DNA of 64,000 nt from Candidatus Woesearchaeota archaeon (GTDB taxonomy: Archaea; Nanobdellota; Nanobdellia; SCGC-AAA011-G17; UBA489), in the NCBI GenBank assembly GCA_964367375.1, contig CAYIXG010000001.1:3905-67904 (forward strand). The letters run 5' to 3'. Position 1 is the stretch's first letter. Each line of letters begins with the position of its first letter. This document shows, in pieces, positions 61,870 through 64,000 of the stretch. Under the pieces are notes generated by a model. It saw nothing but the letters and a program-made list of their open reading frames with translations, did no database searches and was not told the origin of the DNA. The position numbers and the translations under genes are program-made.

Positions 61870-61943
61870 TGGACCAGTCGGGATTCGAACCCGAGGCCCC
61901 CGCCATGCCGAGGCGGTGCTCTACCGAGCTGAGCTACTGGCCC
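61870..61943 (-). tRNA. tRNA-Ala(GGC), with C at position 33
   Basis: Revcomp GGGCCAG-TA-GCTC-AGCTCGGTA-GAGC-A-CCGCC-TCGGCAT-GGCGG-GGGCC-TCGGG-TTCGAAT-CCCGA-CTGGTCC-A. It is identical to the CGC copy except in the D-loop and anticodon arm, and the G3:U70 pair is present. Confidence 0.65.
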
Positions 61944-62062
61944 TTTTGAGAAAGAAGGTGTTTCTGGAGAGTTTAAAGACTTTGCGACTGGAAAAAGAAT
62001 TGCTTTTTGAGGTATATACAGAAACCTTTTTAAAGAAGTGTGAAGATTCATTCTTTTTTAGG

Positions 62063-62734
62063 ATGGGTTCCCTATTACAAGGATTTCTTCGGGTTGGTAC
62101 ATATGCCACAAAGATTGGTGATTATATAACAAGTGTAGCAAGAGGAATATTCAGGTCGGGGGTGAATGGTGTTCAGCAAGAAAATGAAATTCCAGGCAGA
62201 AATAATTCTTTAGTGATAGAAAGGACTCCTGTGAGAGAAGGAGATATTCCTTTAAGTGTGCGGTGGACGCAATACTTTCAGCGTCTTGATGGTTTGAAAG
62301 CAAGGGCAGGAGAGAATGGAGGTGTGAAAAAAATTGAGAGAATGGTGAGTACAGCATTAAGAGTATACACAGCATGTAATGAAGGGCATGATATGTTTGG
62401 TGAAGAGTTAAAAAATTGGCATAATGTGTGTGTGCGAGTTCCGTTATTGCGTGGGGTAAATGCGGATGCGATGAAGAGTGATGGGATTGAAGATAAATTA
62501 GAAGGTATTCGTGTGCAAGGAGAGAAATTGCCTACAAACAGGGAGAGGTATTGTTTGTACACAAGATTGATGGCATTGAGATCATCTTTGATGTTAAGAA
62601 TAATGAATGAAAGCATGTACACCTATATTAAAGGAGCTTCAGTAGAGGAAATTGCGAACGAGTTGATTAAAGAAGATGCTGATTTACGCGACGAGTTTGC
62701 CTGCCTTAGCAAAGAGCAGCTCTTTGTTCAGTAA
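62063..62734 (+). CDS. Hypothetical protein
   Basis: Start trimmed to the first ATG downstream of the tRNA-Ala gene, because the six-frame ORF from 61820 overlaps the tRNA. No motif recognised. Confidence 0.3.
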   Translation: MGSLLQGFLRVGTYATKIGDYITSVARGIFRSGVNGVQQENEIPGRNNSLVIERTPVREGDIPLSVRWTQYFQRLDGLKARAGENGGVKKIERMVSTALRVYTACNEGHDMFGEELKNWHNVCVRVPLLRGVNADAMKSDGIEDKLEGIRVQGEKLPTNRERYCLYTRLMALRSSLMLRIMNESMYTYIKGASVEEIANELIKEDADLRDEFACLSKEQLFVQ

Positions 62735-64000
62735 TTGGTGTAAAGTGTCATGCAGTTTTTCAACAGGTACGCGAATTTGCTTCTCAGTGTCTCTATCGCG
62801 CACAGTCACGGTGTTATTCTTGAGCGTGTCGTGATCAACAGTAATGCAGTAAGGAGTTCCTGCTTCTGCTGCGCGTAAATACCGTTTGCCAATGCTTCCG
62901 CTTTCATCATATTCCACAACAAAATATTTTTCGAGTTGTGCTTTGAGAGCAAGTGCTTTTTCTGGAAGGTTTTCTCTTTTAAGGAGAGGATAGATTGCGA
63001 TATCTATGGGTGCAATAGGATAAGGAACAGCGAAGATAGTTTTTCCTTCGCCAAGTGTTTTCTTTTCGTAAAAAATGTCCAGTAAAGCAAAAGTCATGCG
63101 GTCTGGTCCGAATGCAATTTCAAGGATGTGGGGCACAACTTTGCTCCCATCTTCTCGTGTCACTTGAAGGGTTTGTTTAGAAAACTTTTCGTGTTGTGTT
63201 AAATCATAATCCTGTCTTTCATGGATGCCACACATTTCTATCCAGCCAAATGATTTGAGGTTCACTTCAATGTCCCATGCGTCATCTGCATAGAAAGCGC
63301 GTTCGTCTGGATGGTGTTGGCGCATGCGTATTCTTTCTCTTGGAATGCCCATCTTGATGAATTGTTGGTATGCAAGCCAAAGGCACCATGCGTATGCTTT
63401 TGTCTGCAGGTATTTCTTTTTGAGTGCATCTGCAAGTGAAATGTCTTGTGGTTTTTTTCCAGTGTCTTGGTCGTTGTGCGTCCAGAGTGGAAGTGTATCT
63501 TGTGCTGCATGGATAAATGCAGGAAAGTCATTTTTTAAAAGAGGATCAATGAAGAGTTGTGCTTCTCCTTGGGTGAATTCTCTGCTTCTCAAGACGTGCT
63601 GTCTTGGGCTTATTTCATTGCGGAACGCTTTTCCGATCTGGAAAATACCGAATGGTAATTTTTTTCTGAAGAATTCGTGTGCTCTTTTGAATGTGAGGTA
63701 TGTTGCGGTTGCAGTCTCCGGACGGAGTGAGGCATCTGTGTCGCTGACAACTGTTTTCATCATCAGACTTTTTCTGTCGATGTCATATATGAAATCTCCT
63801 CCGCAAGTAGGGCATTTCATGTGATGTTCCTGGATGAAGGTCAGCAATTGTTGATCAGAGAAGCTGTCTGCGCACACATCATATTGTTCCTCAATGAGTT
63901 TGTCAACGCGGAAGGTTGCTTTGCACTTTTCACAGCTGATAGCTTTATCAACAAATGTGTCTAAGTGTCCGGATGCCTTCCAGACAATATCTGGTAAGAC
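62684..64000 (-). CDS. glyS: Glycyl-tRNA synthetase, archaeal/eukaryotic alpha2 type (C-terminal ~440 aa; gene continues past the right edge)
   Basis: Class II core FRNEISPRQHVLRSREFTQGE. C-terminal anticodon-binding domain VVEYDESGSIGKRYLRAAEAGTPYCITVD. Upstream in-frame sequence ...PDIVWKASGHLDTFVDKAISCEKCKATFRVDKLIEEQ has no stop up to position 64000. Confidence 0.85.
   Translation of the reverse strand, partial: VLPDIVWKASGHLDTFVDKAISCEKCKATFRVDKLIEEQYDVCADSFSDQQLLTFIQEHHMKCPTCGGDFIYDIDRKSLMMKTVVSDTDASLRPETATATYLTFKRAHEFFRKKLPFGIFQIGKAFRNEISPRQHVLRSREFTQGEAQLFIDPLLKNDFPAFIHAAQDTLPLWTHNDQDTGKKPQDISLADALKKKYLQTKAYAWCLWLAYQQFIKMGIPRERIRMRQHHPDERAFYADDAWDIEVNLKSFGWIEMCGIHERQDYDLTQHEKFSKQTLQVTREDGSKVVPHILEIAFGPDRMTFALLDIFYEKKTLGEGKTIFAVPYPIAPIDIAIYPLLKRENLPEKALALKAQLEKYFVVEYDESGSIGKRYLRAAEAGTPYCITVDHDTLKNNTVTVRDRDTEKQIRVPVEKLHDTLHQLLNKELLFAKAGKLVA

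Noticed and set aside
61820-62062. The 5' 81 codons of the six-frame ORF 61820..62734
   Set aside because: This stretch overlaps the tRNA-Ala(GGC) gene on the opposite strand and the HAD gene start. The CDS was trimmed to the first ATG at 62063.
1-64000. CRISPR arrays, transposases or integrases
   Set aside because: No regularly spaced direct repeats and no transposase or integrase-like ORFs were found anywhere in the window. The only repeat-like DNA is coding low-complexity sequence and the duplicated tRNA-Ala.

Overview
This 64-kb window is from an archaeal chromosome. The evidence is an archaeal histone, TFB, Alba, the eukaryote-like ribosomal proteins L32e/L19e/S4e/L34e/L14e/S17e, archaeal/eukaryotic-type GlyRS and DNA primase PriS, and intron-containing tRNAs. 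GC is roughly 40-45%, with a few much more AT-rich patches. Position 16.4-31.1 kb is a complete collinear archaeal ribosomal-protein supercluster ending in secY, a DUF106 insertase-like gene, L34e and L14e; adenylate kinase and cytidylate kinase are absent there. The window also encodes MetRS, class II LysRS and GlyRS (GlyRS cut at the right edge), and ten tRNA genes. Three of the tRNAs carry introns (Asn, Gln and one unresolved). The adjacent tRNA-processing enzymes RNase Z and EndA are present, as are PriS, Hjc, thymidine kinase, a bacterial-type IspH, and a long run of secreted or membrane-anchored Cys-rich proteins. The most unusual locus is a translationally coupled three-gene operon at 50.6-53.3 kb: a truncated PALP-fold protein that appears to lack the catalytic lysine, a cobalamin-binding radical SAM enzyme, and a dTMP-kinase-like P-loop protein. 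The Hjc gene has an apparent +1 frameshift, and a ~27%-GC methyltransferase island lies beside it. Everything here is inferred by eye from the sequence and the supplied ORF translations; no database searches were run.
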